Assembly (NCBI GenBank): GCA_052145735.1
Contig: JBKQOA010000019.1
Span: 2,783 to 66,782 of the forward strand
Length of the DNA stretch: 64,000 nt
Reading direction: 5' to 3'
Source of the DNA: Limisphaerales bacterium
GTDB taxonomy: Bacteria; Verrucomicrobiota; Verrucomicrobiia; Limisphaerales; UBA11358
The position numbers and the translations under genes were made by a program. Positions 17,292 to 27,160 of the stretch are shown here, in pieces; position 1 is the stretch's first letter, and every line of letters starts with the position of its first letter. Under the pieces are notes generated by a model. It searched no databases. It saw only the letters and a program-made list of their open reading frames with translations, and was not told the DNA's origin.

Positions 17292-19415
17292 ATGTCGCCG
17301 CCGGAAACCAGAACCTCTCCGCTCGCCGTGCCCGTCAACTCGCTTTGGGGTGTCGGCGGCGAACGCGCGGCACAACTCGCGCGGCTCGGCATTCACACCG
17401 TCGAGGATTTGCTCCTGCACCGGCCACGGCGATACGAGGACCGCCGCCATTTCCGCACCATCGCCGAACTGACGATGGAGGAACCGGCCACCGCACGCGG
17501 CACGATCATTGCGTCCGGCCTCAAACGGTTTCGCGGCGGCAGCAAATCGGTCTTTGAAATCATCCTCGACGACGGCACGGCGCGGCTGCATTGCCGCTGG
17601 TGGAACCTGCCGTTCATGGAAAAGTATTTCGCCATGGGCGACGAGGTTTTCGTTTACGGAAAACTGAGCGAAACCAAGCCGCGAGTGATGACGCATCCCG
17701 AAACCGAGGTCATCGAAGACGGCGAGGAGGGTTTCATCCACATCAACCGCATCGCGCCGGTGTATCCGCTCACGGAAGGGTTGCCGCAACGCTGGCTGCG
17801 CGGACTGATCTGGCGCACGCTGGAAAAATTCGAGCGGCACATTGCCGAACCGTGGGCGACACAATGGATGGGGGGCGTCACTCCGTGCGCGCCGTCGTCC
17901 GAAACCACGGAGCGGCGCGCAGAGGATTGCGCGCCCTGCCAACATTTCCCGACCCGGGCCAACGCGGTGCACATGACGCATTTCCCGGAAGAACTGACCG
18001 ACGTGGAAATCGCGCGGCAACGGCTGGCGCTGGATGAATTCATTGAATTGCAGGTCCAAATCCGGCGGCGCCGGGACAATTTCGAGGCCAAATCCCGCGC
18101 CCTGCCGTGCGGCGGCGACAATCATCTGATGAAACCTTTTCTGGCCCGGCTCGGCTTCAAACTCACCGGGGCGCAGACCCGGGTGCTCCGCGAAATCCGC
18201 GCCGACATGGGTGGGGCGCACCCGATGCGGCGCTTGTTGCAGGGGGACGTGGGGTCGGGCAAAACCGCCGTGGCCGCCTGCACGGCGTTGATGGCGCTGG
18301 AAAGCGGCTTCAACGCGGCGTTGATGGCCCCGACGGAAATTCTGGCCGAGCAACATTTTCGGAATTTTGAGAAGTGGTTTGAGCCGCTGGGAGTCAAAGT
18401 TGAACTGCAAACGGGAAGCCGGAAAACATCCGACATCGAACATCCAACTCCGATCAATCGCGAGCACGCATCGAACATCCAATCGCCCGGCGATCACGCA
18501 TCACTTTTCATCGGCACCCACGCCCTGCTCACGTCCGGATTTGATCTGCCCAAGCTCGGCTTGATTATCATTGATGAACAACACAAGTTCGGCGTGGCCC
18601 AACGGGAGCAACTCGTGCGCAAGGGCCGTTATCCCCATCTGCTGGTGATGACGGCCACGCCGATTCCGCGCACGCTCGGCCTCACGCTTTACGGCGACCT
18701 TGATGTTTCGGTGATTGACGAGCTGCCCGGTGGCCGCGGCCGGATTAAAACGTTTGTCCGCACGGCCGACAAGCTACCAAAGGTCCGGGAATTCATCCGC
18801 CAGAAACTCGCCGCCGGACGGCAGGTTTACGTGGTCTATCCCCGCATCGAGGAATCCGGCGCAAAAGGATTGAAAGCGGTGACGAAAGAATTTGAGAATC
18901 TGAAACGGTTGCTCGCGCCATTTCGCGTCGGCCTGCTACATGGACGGTTGAAGAGCCGGGAAAAAGAGGAGGCCATGGCCGCGTTTCGGGCGAACACGGT
19001 GAACGTACTGCTCGCCACGTCCCTCATCGAAGTCGGGGTGGATGTGCCGAACGCGACGGTGATGCTGGTCGAAAACGCCGAAGCTTTTGGGCTGGCGCAA
19101 TTGCACCAGTTGCGCGGGCGCATCGGACGCGGCGCGCATGAGTCGTATTGCATCCTGATTTCCGACGCGAAAACCGGGGAGGCGGACGGGCGTTTGCAGG
19201 TGCTGGAGCAGACCAGTGATGGTTTTCGCATCGCGGAGGCGGACTTGAAGTTGCGCGGACCGGGCGAACTGCTCGGCCGGGAGCAGAGCGGTCTGCCGGA
19301 GTTCCGTTTCGGCAATCTGGCGGAGGATTTGCATCTGATCCGGCGGGCGCGGGAATTGGCGGCGCAAATCACGGACGCATCCATCCCCGAAAAACGGCGC
19401 ACCATGACGCCGTAA
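17292..19415 (+). CDS. recG: ATP-dependent DNA helicase RecG
   Basis: LLQGDVGSGKT, APTEILAEQH, IIDEQHKFG, MTATPIPRTL, QLHQLRGRIGRG, DLKLRGPGE. Confidence 0.97.
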   Translation: MSPPETRTSPLAVPVNSLWGVGGERAAQLARLGIHTVEDLLLHRPRRYEDRRHFRTIAELTMEEPATARGTIIASGLKRFRGGSKSVFEIILDDGTARLHCRWWNLPFMEKYFAMGDEVFVYGKLSETKPRVMTHPETEVIEDGEEGFIHINRIAPVYPLTEGLPQRWLRGLIWRTLEKFERHIAEPWATQWMGGVTPCAPSSETTERRAEDCAPCQHFPTRANAVHMTHFPEELTDVEIARQRLALDEFIELQVQIRRRRDNFEAKSRALPCGGDNHLMKPFLARLGFKLTGAQTRVLREIRADMGGAHPMRRLLQGDVGSGKTAVAACTALMALESGFNAALMAPTEILAEQHFRNFEKWFEPLGVKVELQTGSRKTSDIEHPTPINREHASNIQSPGDHASLFIGTHALLTSGFDLPKLGLIIIDEQHKFGVAQREQLVRKGRYPHLLVMTATPIPRTLGLTLYGDLDVSVIDELPGGRGRIKTFVRTADKLPKVREFIRQKLAAGRQVYVVYPRIEESGAKGLKAVTKEFENLKRLLAPFRVGLLHGRLKSREKEEAMAAFRANTVNVLLATSLIEVGVDVPNATVMLVENAEAFGLAQLHQLRGRIGRGAHESYCILISDAKTGEADGRLQVLEQTSDGFRIAEADLKLRGPGELLGREQSGLPEFRFGNLAEDLHLIRRARELAAQITDASIPEKRRTMTP
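17866..17940. repeat. REP-like inverted doublet inside recG
   Basis: GGGGCGTCACTCCGTGCGCGCCG ... CGGCGCGCAGAGGATTGCGCGCCCTGCC; the right arm is itself a hairpin with a GCAG foot. Confidence 0.75.
18425..18487. repeat. Heptamer array (AACATCC/GACATCG) inside recG
   Basis: AACATCC GACATCG AACATCC AACTCCG ... GCATCG AACATCC AATCGCC. Confidence 0.7.
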
Positions 19416-19613
19416 TTCAACTCAAGGGGAAAGCGGTCCCTGGATGCGACCTGGAACCACCCCAATGGAGCGGTCCATGGGGGAGTTCACCGGACATGGC
19501 TGCCCTGCTGGCGGGGGCGGGGGCGCGCCGCAATTTCGACGGTGACGTCATTGGGTCACAAATTTGGCATGGTGTCCGGGGGCCCCGTGCCGGTTTTGTT
19601 TTCAGAATTAAAT

Positions 19614-19641
19614 TTGACAGCCACCGGCCGCCGTTTATCTT
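19614..19641 (+). promoter_or_regulatory. Sigma70-like promoter
   Basis: TTGACA-16 bp-TATCTT just upstream of ATG 19656. Confidence 0.6.
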
Positions 19642-19655
19642 AGTCGGACAATATT

Positions 19656-20099
19656 ATGGCTGACATTCCACAGAACATTCCGGGCGCCCCCATCGGCGCT
19701 GTGCCACCGGTTAAAAAGGAAACCGGCAAGGTCCAGCCCAAGAAGGAAACCGTCCGCATCAATTTACCACCCAAGCCATCCACGGCACCGACCATCAAGC
19801 TGCCGACATTGCCGCCCGGCGGTCCGACCGGCGCTCCCAGTGCCGTACCCCTGCCCGGCACCGCGGCAAAAACTGCGCCGGCGCCGGCAACGACTGCCGC
19901 GCCCCGGGCCACAGCCGCAGCCGCGCCCGCGGCTCAACCCCGTTCCACGCCGACGGTTCAAAGGGCGGCACCGGTCAGTGTCCCCACCATCGGCGCCCTC
20001 GATCAAATTTTGGTCATGGCCGCGGCAGTGGCCGGATTGCTCGCCATCGGCACCGTGGTTTGGATGTTGCTGATTCTCAAAAACGCAATCATCAGTTGA
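19656..20099 (+). CDS. Pro/Ala-rich protein with C-terminal TM anchor
   Basis: KKETGKVQPKKETVRINLPPKP motif, low-complexity linker, one hydrophobic C-terminal helix. Confidence 0.75.
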   Translation: MADIPQNIPGAPIGAVPPVKKETGKVQPKKETVRINLPPKPSTAPTIKLPTLPPGGPTGAPSAVPLPGTAAKTAPAPATTAAPRATAAAAPAAQPRSTPTVQRAAPVSVPTIGALDQILVMAAAVAGLLAIGTVVWMLLILKNAIIS

Positions 20100-20150
20100 C
20101 CCCGGTTTGAACTTATTTTGATTTCCGCCAAAAACCATTTCATTTGACGT

Positions 20151-20483
20151 ATGGCTTCTCCCCTGATCGTTGCGCTGACCCAGGAAAACTTCGCGCAGCT
20201 GGTTTTGCAGTCGCCGGTGCCGGTGCTCGTGGATTTCTGGGCGGAATGGTGCGGCCCGTGCAAAATGATCGCCCCGCTTCTCGACGAACTCGCCGACGAA
20301 TACGATGGCAAGGTGAAGATTGGCAAGGTGAACATTGACGAACAGCAGGCGCTGGCCGCCGAGTACGGCATTCGCGCCATTCCCACCCTGCTCCTCTTCA
20401 ACAAAGGCCAGGTTGCCGATCAGATTGTCGGCGCGCGCAGCAAACGCGATTTCAAGACCAGCCTCGACCGCGTCGCGGCCTGA
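20151..20483 (+). CDS. trxA: Thioredoxin
   Basis: [16 protein letters not shown]. Confidence 0.97.
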   Translation: MASPLIVALTQENFAQLVLQSPVPVLVDFWAEWCGPCKMIAPLLDELADEYDGKVKIGKVNIDEQQALAAEYGIRAIPTLLLFNKGQVADQIVGARSKRDFKTSLDRVAA

Positions 20484-20499
20484 TTCCGGGGCGAGCGTT

Positions 20500-21501
20500 A
20501 TGTCGCTCATCATCACCCCCCGCCAGTTCACCCAGCGCGCCGAGTTGTATCATCAGCTCAATCAGTTCACGTCCGCCGGCATTCCCATCGTCCGCGCCCT
20601 GGAGCAAATCAAACGCAGCCCGCCCGCGGCTGCCTACGGCGAACCCTTGCAGCGCCTGCTCGCCGGCCTGGCCAGGGGCGCAACGCTGACCGAATCGTTA
20701 CAGGCTCTCGATTGGCTGCCCGAGTTTGACCTGGCCTTGATCGGAGCCGGCGAAAAAAGCGGGCGGCTCGATGCCTGTTTTCGCCTGCTCGCCGATTATT
20801 ACAACGACCGCGCGCGTATCGCGCGCCAGGTCATCGCCGATTTGATTTACCCGATCGGGCTGCTACACATGGCCATTTTCATTTTCCCCTTTGCGCAATT
20901 TTTCGCGTCCGGCAATTTGTTCGTTTACCTGGCAAAAACCTTCGGCATTCTGATTCCCCTCTATACCGTTGGAGCGCTGTTGATTTATGCCACGCAAAGC
21001 AGACACGGCGAAGACTGGCGCGCACGCATCGAGTCTTTACTGCGCCCGATCCCCATCCTGGGCACGGCGCGGCACTATCTCGCGCTGTCCCGGCTGGCTG
21101 CGGCGCTCGAAGCACTCATCAGTGCCGGGGTCAACATCTTCGAGGCCTGGGACCTGGCCGCCAACGCGAGCGGCTCGCCGGCCCTGCGACGTACGATTGC
21201 CGCATGGAAACCGCGCCTGGTCGCCGGTCAAATGCCATCCGAAGCCGTGCGCGCCTGCCCGCTGTTCCCGGAAACCTTTGCCAATCTTTATGCCAGCGGC
21301 GAGATCAGCGGCAAACTCGACGAATCGCTCCGCAACCTGAACCGGTTTTACAATGAGGATGGCACGCGCAAGCTCCACGCTTTCGCGCAATGGACACCGC
21401 GGCTCGTTTATCTGCTCGTCGCGCTGATGATCGCCTATAAAGTCGTCCAGTTCTACCTGGGTTACTTCAACCAAATCTCCACCATCACCAACGGGTTTTA
21501 A
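20500..21501 (+). CDS. Type II secretion/type IV pilus platform protein (GspF/PilC family)
   Basis: Two T2SSF repeats: AGIPI...AGEKSGRLD and AGVNI...SGEISGKLDESL. Confidence 0.88.
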   Translation: MSLIITPRQFTQRAELYHQLNQFTSAGIPIVRALEQIKRSPPAAAYGEPLQRLLAGLARGATLTESLQALDWLPEFDLALIGAGEKSGRLDACFRLLADYYNDRARIARQVIADLIYPIGLLHMAIFIFPFAQFFASGNLFVYLAKTFGILIPLYTVGALLIYATQSRHGEDWRARIESLLRPIPILGTARHYLALSRLAAALEALISAGVNIFEAWDLAANASGSPALRRTIAAWKPRLVAGQMPSEAVRACPLFPETFANLYASGEISGKLDESLRNLNRFYNEDGTRKLHAFAQWTPRLVYLLVALMIAYKVVQFYLGYFNQISTITNGF

Positions 21502-21543
21502 TTCCGCTTTGCGCACCGGTTCCTCGCAAATTAAATTTGCCGC

Positions 21544-22692
21544 ATGACCTTGACCGAACTGCTCGCCCATGAGGAACTTCGCCGGAGCGAATTCCCCGTC
21601 GCCCGTGATAAGATCTTCCTGGCGCATGCCGGGGTTTGTCCGCTGCCGCAACGCGTGGCCGGGGCCATTTCCGGATGCGCGCAGGGAAGCACACTGGGCG
21701 ACCAGGAAGCTTTTGTCATCCACCGTCTGAACGACGCGCGCAAATTTGGTGCGCAATTGCTCCATTGCCACCCGGAGGAGGTCGCGCTCGTCGGGCCGAC
21801 GTCACTCGGGTTGAGCTTTGTTGCCGCCGGGCTGAAGTTTCGCAAGGGCGACAACATCCTCATTTATCACGATGATTATCCATCGAACGTTTATCCATGG
21901 ATGGCCCTGGCCGAACGCGGCGTCGAGGTGCGCCTGCTCAACACCCGCGGCCTTGGCATCATCCGTCCGCAGGATGTGATGGGGCAGGTGGACGAAAACA
22001 CGCGGCTGGTCGCGCTCGCGTCCTGCCATTTCATCAGCGGTTACCGGCTGGACCACCAGGCCATCGGCAAGTTTCTTCGCGGACGCGGCATTTTGTTCTG
22101 CCTGGACGCGATTCAAACCCTGGGCGCATTTCCGACGACGGTGGAGCACGTGGATTTTCTCGCCGCCGACGCGCACAAATGGCTGCTCGGTCCCTGTGGC
22201 GCGGGCCTGCTCTACGTCCGGCGAGAGTTGCAGGAAAAGCTGAGCCCGCCGGTTTACGGCTGGCACAACGTGCGCAATCCGAATTTCGTCGCGCAGGAAC
22301 AAATCGTCTTCCGCAGCGGCGCGGCCAAATACGAGGCCGGCACGCACAATTTGCTCGGCCTGGTCGGATTGATTGCTGCGATGGAACTGGTCCTGGAAAT
22401 CGGCGTGGACAACGTTGCCGCCGAATTGCTGCGCAAACGCGCGGTGCTGGTGCCGGCCTTGCAGGCGAAAGGCTTCACGGTGTTGAATGCAGACGCGAAA
22501 CCGGAAAACGCCAGCGGCATCGTTTCCTTTCACCAACCCGGCAACGACCTTGCGGGGTTGCACAAAAAATTGACCGAGGCCGGAGTCGTCACGTCCTTGC
22601 GCACCGACCGCCAGGGACAAAATCACCTGCGCCTCTCGCCGCATTTTTACAACACGAACGCGGAATTGCAGCGCCTGCTGGAGTTGCTGTAA
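21544..22692 (+). CDS. Class V PLP-dependent aminotransferase (cysteine desulfurase-like)
   Basis: LDAIQTLG, ADAHKWLLGPCG, YEAGT, RLSPHFYN. Confidence 0.9.
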   Translation: MTLTELLAHEELRRSEFPVARDKIFLAHAGVCPLPQRVAGAISGCAQGSTLGDQEAFVIHRLNDARKFGAQLLHCHPEEVALVGPTSLGLSFVAAGLKFRKGDNILIYHDDYPSNVYPWMALAERGVEVRLLNTRGLGIIRPQDVMGQVDENTRLVALASCHFISGYRLDHQAIGKFLRGRGILFCLDAIQTLGAFPTTVEHVDFLAADAHKWLLGPCGAGLLYVRRELQEKLSPPVYGWHNVRNPNFVAQEQIVFRSGAAKYEAGTHNLLGLVGLIAAMELVLEIGVDNVAAELLRKRAVLVPALQAKGFTVLNADAKPENASGIVSFHQPGNDLAGLHKKLTEAGVVTSLRTDRQGQNHLRLSPHFYNTNAELQRLLELL

Positions 22693-22709
22693 ACGGCCGA
22701 CAGTTGCCA

Positions 22710-24860
22710 TCACGACTCATCCTGCCGGCTGTAGTCGCGAATCGAAGCCCGCCACCACGGTGCGAGTGATTCACCTGAACGCAGCCAGGCTTCATGATGC
22801 AGCCAGACCATGGTGTGCGAGTCGGTCATGATCAACGATCTTTCGGCCGGGGTCAATTGGTCCGGCCCTCCAGCCAGCAGTTTTTCACCCAGCATGCGGA
22901 CCCTGGGACTGCCCACACCCAGGGCGGCAAACTGCTCGGCATAAACCGGATTAAATTGTTTCTCGCGCAGCAATGTGACGTGAATGGCGTTGACGTAAGG
23001 GTCGAGCACCGCCTCCGCCAGCCCCGCATGCGGGCGGCGCGGGGACGGGTCTTCGGTGAGTTCGTGGACTTTCATGTTCGCGCGGAGCGCCACCAATTCC
23101 GCCGGCGGCGCGATTTCCTCCGGGGTCAGGAAAATGCCGAGCCGGCGCGCGCGGGTGCCGACGCTGCGCCGGCTGGTGAAAACGCTCAACGGAATGGAGA
23201 GCACCATTCCGGCGAGCACCGGCGTGAACCACCAGAACAGCGATGGCCCGAGTCGCCACATGAAGGCGCCCCAAACCAGCCCGATCAACGTGTGCCCCCA
23301 ATGCCGCCGTACGGCAAACGTCCAGGCCGTGCCGTCGGCGGCGCGTTTTTGCGGCCCCCATCCCACACTGACCCCGAGCAGGTTGGTGACGACAAAGCGC
23401 GTATGCCACAGCATCAGCAACGGCGCGTGCAGCGTGGAAAAAACGGTTTCAGCCACCACGCTGCCGGCGGCGCGTTGGAGCCCACCAAAGGTGCGCCGGC
23501 GCTGCGGGTCATACGCCAGTTCAATCAACGCGAGCACCTTCGGCATCATGATGACGACCATGCAAATGACGAAAATCAACAGGGCATGAGCCGTGCCGCT
23601 CAGGTTCAGATACGGGGTGAAGGCATGCACGGTGATGTTTGACAGGCCCGTATAACTCTGAAACCAGTAAATCCAGTTGAAGGTGAGCAGGAATGCCAGC
23701 CACAACGGTCCGGCCAGATAACCGCAGATTCCCAGCATCAAATGCAACCGGCTCACGCCGCGCAGCCCACGGGCGAACAGCACGAGGCCATGCTGCAAAT
23801 TGCCCTGGCACCAGCGGCGCTCGCGCTGGGCATTTTCAATCATGGCCTGCGGGGCTTCCTCGTAGCTGCCTTCGAGATCGTAGGCAAACCAGGCTTCCCA
23901 GTTTTCGCGCAACAGCAATGCCGCCTCGACAAAATCATGGCTGAGAATCTGGCCGCCAAACGGCTTGCGCCCGGGCAGTTGCGGCAGGTCGCAATACTGC
24001 ATGAACGGCTCGGTGCGGATCAGCGCGTTGTGCCCCCAGTAATTGCCCAAATCGAGCGCCCAGTAGTTCAGGCCGGCGATAAAGATGGGCGCATAAAGCC
24101 GGTTGGAAAATTGTTGAATCCGCCCGAAAAGCGACTCGCCGTTGACCGTGGCGGGCACGGTCTGGATCAGGCCGGCGGTCGGATGTGCCTCCATTAATTT
24201 CACCAGATCCACGAGGGTTTCACCCCGCATGACGCTGTCGGCGTCGCAGACCATGAAGTAGCGGTAGCGACGACCCCAGGCGTTGAGAAAATCGCGGACG
24301 TTGCCGCTCTTGCGGCCTTCATTGTTGAGCCGGCGGCGATAGTAAATGCGGCCCAGCGCGTCCAGCTCGCGGACCAAATCGCACCAGCGACGTTCCTCCT
24401 CGACGCGCTTGTCCGGGTCGGCGGAATCACTCAAAATGAAAAAGTCGAACCGTTCCAGCTGGCCGGTCTTTTGGAGCGATTCATACGTCGCGCGCAGACC
24501 TTCGTAAACCCGCACGATGTCCTCGTTGTATATCGGAAAGACAACCGCAGTGCTGATACCCGCAATGTCCTGGTCGCGGTAGTTTTTCAGCCGGGTGATG
24601 CACCATGGCGTGCCGAACATCCGCAGGAAAAAACCGTACACGCCATGCATGGCCCCGACGGCAATGAACAAAAACAAAACCACGAACAGGGCCAGCAGCA
24701 GGGTGCGCGAGGCCGACCAACCCGTTCGCCAGAGCAGGTCGGCGAACAACCACGACACCACACCGGTGAGCAGCACGGCCGACGAATAAAACAGAAACAG
24801 GCGCCGGCCGTGCAGGGGACGCGGCGTGTTGGCTGCCAAAATGGTCGGGGCGTCGGCCAT
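22710..24860 (-). CDS. opgH: Periplasmic glucan biosynthesis glucosyltransferase OpgH/MdoH
   Basis: PIYNED, RKSGNV, DADSVM, YWGHNA, ILSHDFVEAA, RRWCQGNLQH. Confidence 0.95.
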   Translation of the reverse strand: MADAPTILAANTPRPLHGRRLFLFYSSAVLLTGVVSWLFADLLWRTGWSASRTLLLALFVVLFLFIAVGAMHGVYGFFLRMFGTPWCITRLKNYRDQDIAGISTAVVFPIYNEDIVRVYEGLRATYESLQKTGQLERFDFFILSDSADPDKRVEEERRWCDLVRELDALGRIYYRRRLNNEGRKSGNVRDFLNAWGRRYRYFMVCDADSVMRGETLVDLVKLMEAHPTAGLIQTVPATVNGESLFGRIQQFSNRLYAPIFIAGLNYWALDLGNYWGHNALIRTEPFMQYCDLPQLPGRKPFGGQILSHDFVEAALLLRENWEAWFAYDLEGSYEEAPQAMIENAQRERRWCQGNLQHGLVLFARGLRGVSRLHLMLGICGYLAGPLWLAFLLTFNWIYWFQSYTGLSNITVHAFTPYLNLSGTAHALLIFVICMVVIMMPKVLALIELAYDPQRRRTFGGLQRAAGSVVAETVFSTLHAPLLMLWHTRFVVTNLLGVSVGWGPQKRAADGTAWTFAVRRHWGHTLIGLVWGAFMWRLGPSLFWWFTPVLAGMVLSIPLSVFTSRRSVGTRARRLGIFLTPEEIAPPAELVALRANMKVHELTEDPSPRRPHAGLAEAVLDPYVNAIHVTLLREKQFNPVYAEQFAALGVGSPRVRMLGEKLLAGGPDQLTPAERSLIMTDSHTMVWLHHEAWLRSGESLAPWWRASIRDYSRQDES

Positions 24861-24861
24861 G

Positions 24862-25518
24862 TCAGCGATAGATCTGTGTGAACCAATCCACCACCCCGGA
24901 CAGGTTGGATTTCAGCTGTTCGAACCCTCCGTGGGCAAGCCAGAAAATCCCGACGAGCAGCAGCGCGAATCCGGTCCAGGCCAGCACCATCCGGAGATAT
25001 GGGATCCGGCCGAGATTGGTCAGCGTGGCAATCGGGCCGAGGTCCAGCGGACGCGGCGTCATCTTGGAAAGCTGGAAATCCGGGCCGGCGCGCAAAAAAC
25101 TCTCGCGCATGGCGCTGATGAATTCCTCCGGCCACGGCCCCGGCCGCAGGAATTGTTCCTGCCATCGGCCCGGCATGTCGGCCAGCAGCAGGGCCAGCCG
25201 GCCACGGGTCGAGAGCGTCTGGTCGCTTCCCACCGGTGATTCCTGCAGCACCTCCGCAAACCATTCCGTCACCAGATGATCCATTTCCTCGGCGGCGAGC
25301 TGGGTGGCAGAACGATTGGGCTCGGCCGGCGCGCGGTGGGCGGCACGCTCGAGCACGCGCAGCACCAGCTGGCCGAGCAGGGCCTTGTTGCGAACGCGCA
25401 GGGCGTGGAAATAATTCTCCACCTTCTCATAGGCGGCGTTCCATTCTTCCAGCGGGCGCCCCGCCAGCTGGCCCGAAGTATCGGTCAGCGCCCCAATGCC
25501 ATTCACGGCGGACTCCAT
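24862..25518 (-). CDS. Hypothetical protein with C-terminal TM, inside the opg operon
   Basis: Tightly coupled between opgG and opgH; WNAAYEKVENYFHAL... Confidence 0.75.
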   Translation of the reverse strand: MESAVNGIGALTDTSGQLAGRPLEEWNAAYEKVENYFHALRVRNKALLGQLVLRVLERAAHRAPAEPNRSATQLAAEEMDHLVTEWFAEVLQESPVGSDQTLSTRGRLALLLADMPGRWQEQFLRPGPWPEEFISAMRESFLRAGPDFQLSKMTPRPLDLGPIATLTNLGRIPYLRMVLAWTGFALLLVGIFWLAHGGFEQLKSNLSGVVDWFTQIYR

Positions 25519-27065
25519 TGGTACGTCCAGGTTTCGCTCAAAATATTGGTCCCCTTTTGCAAGGTGCAGCGCAGGTCAACCGGATCGTTCCCGCCGGACT
25601 TGGGTTGCATTTTCAAAATGACGCGCCAGGTGCCCGCCTCACGGTTGCGCAGGACTTGATTGAAATAAATCGCCGCATTGGTGCTGCAATTGGCAATGGC
25701 CTGGGGCGGATCATTTTCAGGAATGGCGTCGAGCGCCGGCCCGTCGAAATCAATCACGAATTGCCGGCCATTGGCACCGTTGACGTCAAGTCCCACCCGC
25801 GTGGACACGACCCTGTTTTCGGACAATCGGTTCGTTTCGCCCAGCCAGCGGAGCGTGTAGTTGAACCGACAGGGTTGCAGCGGCAGCGGTTTGTTTTTGG
25901 GGTCCCAAAATACAACGATGTTGTCGAAACCCTCGTAATTCGCCGTCAATTCCACCAGATGCAAATCGCCCTCGCCCCAGTTGCCGCGGGGTTCGACCCA
26001 CACGCTCGGTTCCAATTGAAACGAGGTGAAGATATCTTGATACGCCGCGAATGAATGCTCGCGCTGCAACAAACCGTATCCGCGTATATTCGGGGCAGAA
26101 AAAATCTGGTGCCGCATGACCGGGGGATTGTCGAGCGGATGCCAGAACACCTCGCCGTTGTTCATGCGGACCAGCAGTCCGTCGCTGTCATGGACTTCGG
26201 GCCGGTAGTCATCGAATTTGCGCTCCGAGTTTTTGCCGAACCAAAACATGCTCGTCAGTGGCGCCCAACCGATGGTTTTGATCGGCAATCGCGCCGCGTT
26301 CACAGCGTGAATCTGGTTCGTTTCGCGGAAAAACAGCACCGCTTCAACCTCCACCACGGTGGTATCACCCGGCCGGATGAGAAATTGATACGCCCCCGCA
26401 CAACTGACGCTGTCGAGGATGGCATACATCGTTAACTGGTCATCGTCCCTTTGCGGTTTCCCCAGCCACCAGTCGGTAAAAATGGGAAATTCCTCCGGAC
26501 GGTCCGGTTCGCCGCAATCCAGGGCGAGTCCGCGCGCGGACTGGCCGTACCGCTGACCCTTGCCGAGCAGACGGAAATAGCTCGCGCCGAGAAACGCGCC
26601 GATTTCATCCCACTTGTTCGTGTCATTCAATTGGTTCAGCAGGCGGAACCCGGCGTAACCCGTGTCCGTGGGGATCTCGTTCTGAATGTGCAAGGCGCGG
26701 TAATTAAAAAATTCCTGCACGAACCGGATGGGTTGCACATGGGTGGCCGTGAATTCATAAACATGCACCGGCTCCTGATAGAGGTAGCCCGGATGAAAGA
26801 ACTCCACGCGGAACAGCAGGTCATCCGCCGCCCACAACGCCCGATCATGGCGGAATTCAATCTCGCGATACTTGTCGTAGTCGAGATTCTCCTGCCGCAA
26901 AACCTTGGGCAAATCAGCGCGTGGCGAGTGAAACGGCTGGCGCGCGCGTTCGAGGGCGCGCTGCGCCACGTAGTCCAAATTGACCTCGGCGGATTCCGCC
27001 CCGATCAAGGTTGTCCCGGCCAGCATCAGTCCGATGGTTGAAATCAGGCAACTACATCGCCACAT
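25503..27065 (-). CDS. opgG: Periplasmic glucan biosynthesis protein OpgG/OpgD
   Basis: FLGASYFR, YGQSARGLA, APLTSMFWFG, RPEVHDSDGL, SETWTYQW. Confidence 0.93.
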   Translation of the reverse strand: MWRCSCLISTIGLMLAGTTLIGAESAEVNLDYVAQRALERARQPFHSPRADLPKVLRQENLDYDKYREIEFRHDRALWAADDLLFRVEFFHPGYLYQEPVHVYEFTATHVQPIRFVQEFFNYRALHIQNEIPTDTGYAGFRLLNQLNDTNKWDEIGAFLGASYFRLLGKGQRYGQSARGLALDCGEPDRPEEFPIFTDWWLGKPQRDDDQLTMYAILDSVSCAGAYQFLIRPGDTTVVEVEAVLFFRETNQIHAVNAARLPIKTIGWAPLTSMFWFGKNSERKFDDYRPEVHDSDGLLVRMNNGEVFWHPLDNPPVMRHQIFSAPNIRGYGLLQREHSFAAYQDIFTSFQLEPSVWVEPRGNWGEGDLHLVELTANYEGFDNIVVFWDPKNKPLPLQPCRFNYTLRWLGETNRLSENRVVSTRVGLDVNGANGRQFVIDFDGPALDAIPENDPPQAIANCSTNAAIYFNQVLRNREAGTWRVILKMQPKSGGNDPVDLRCTLQKGTNILSETWTYQWSPP

Positions 27066-27160
27066 CCGGTAAATGAGAACTGAAGCGGGCCAAATATGCA
27101 AGTTCAGCCGGGAACTTGAAGTGATTGAACCCCAATGGATTACGACTGTGAACCGGCCGT

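Noticed and set aside
19416-19610. Possible structured RNA after recG (CCGGACA...TGTCCGG)
   Set aside because: Only a 7 bp match in GC-rich DNA, with no recognisable motif.
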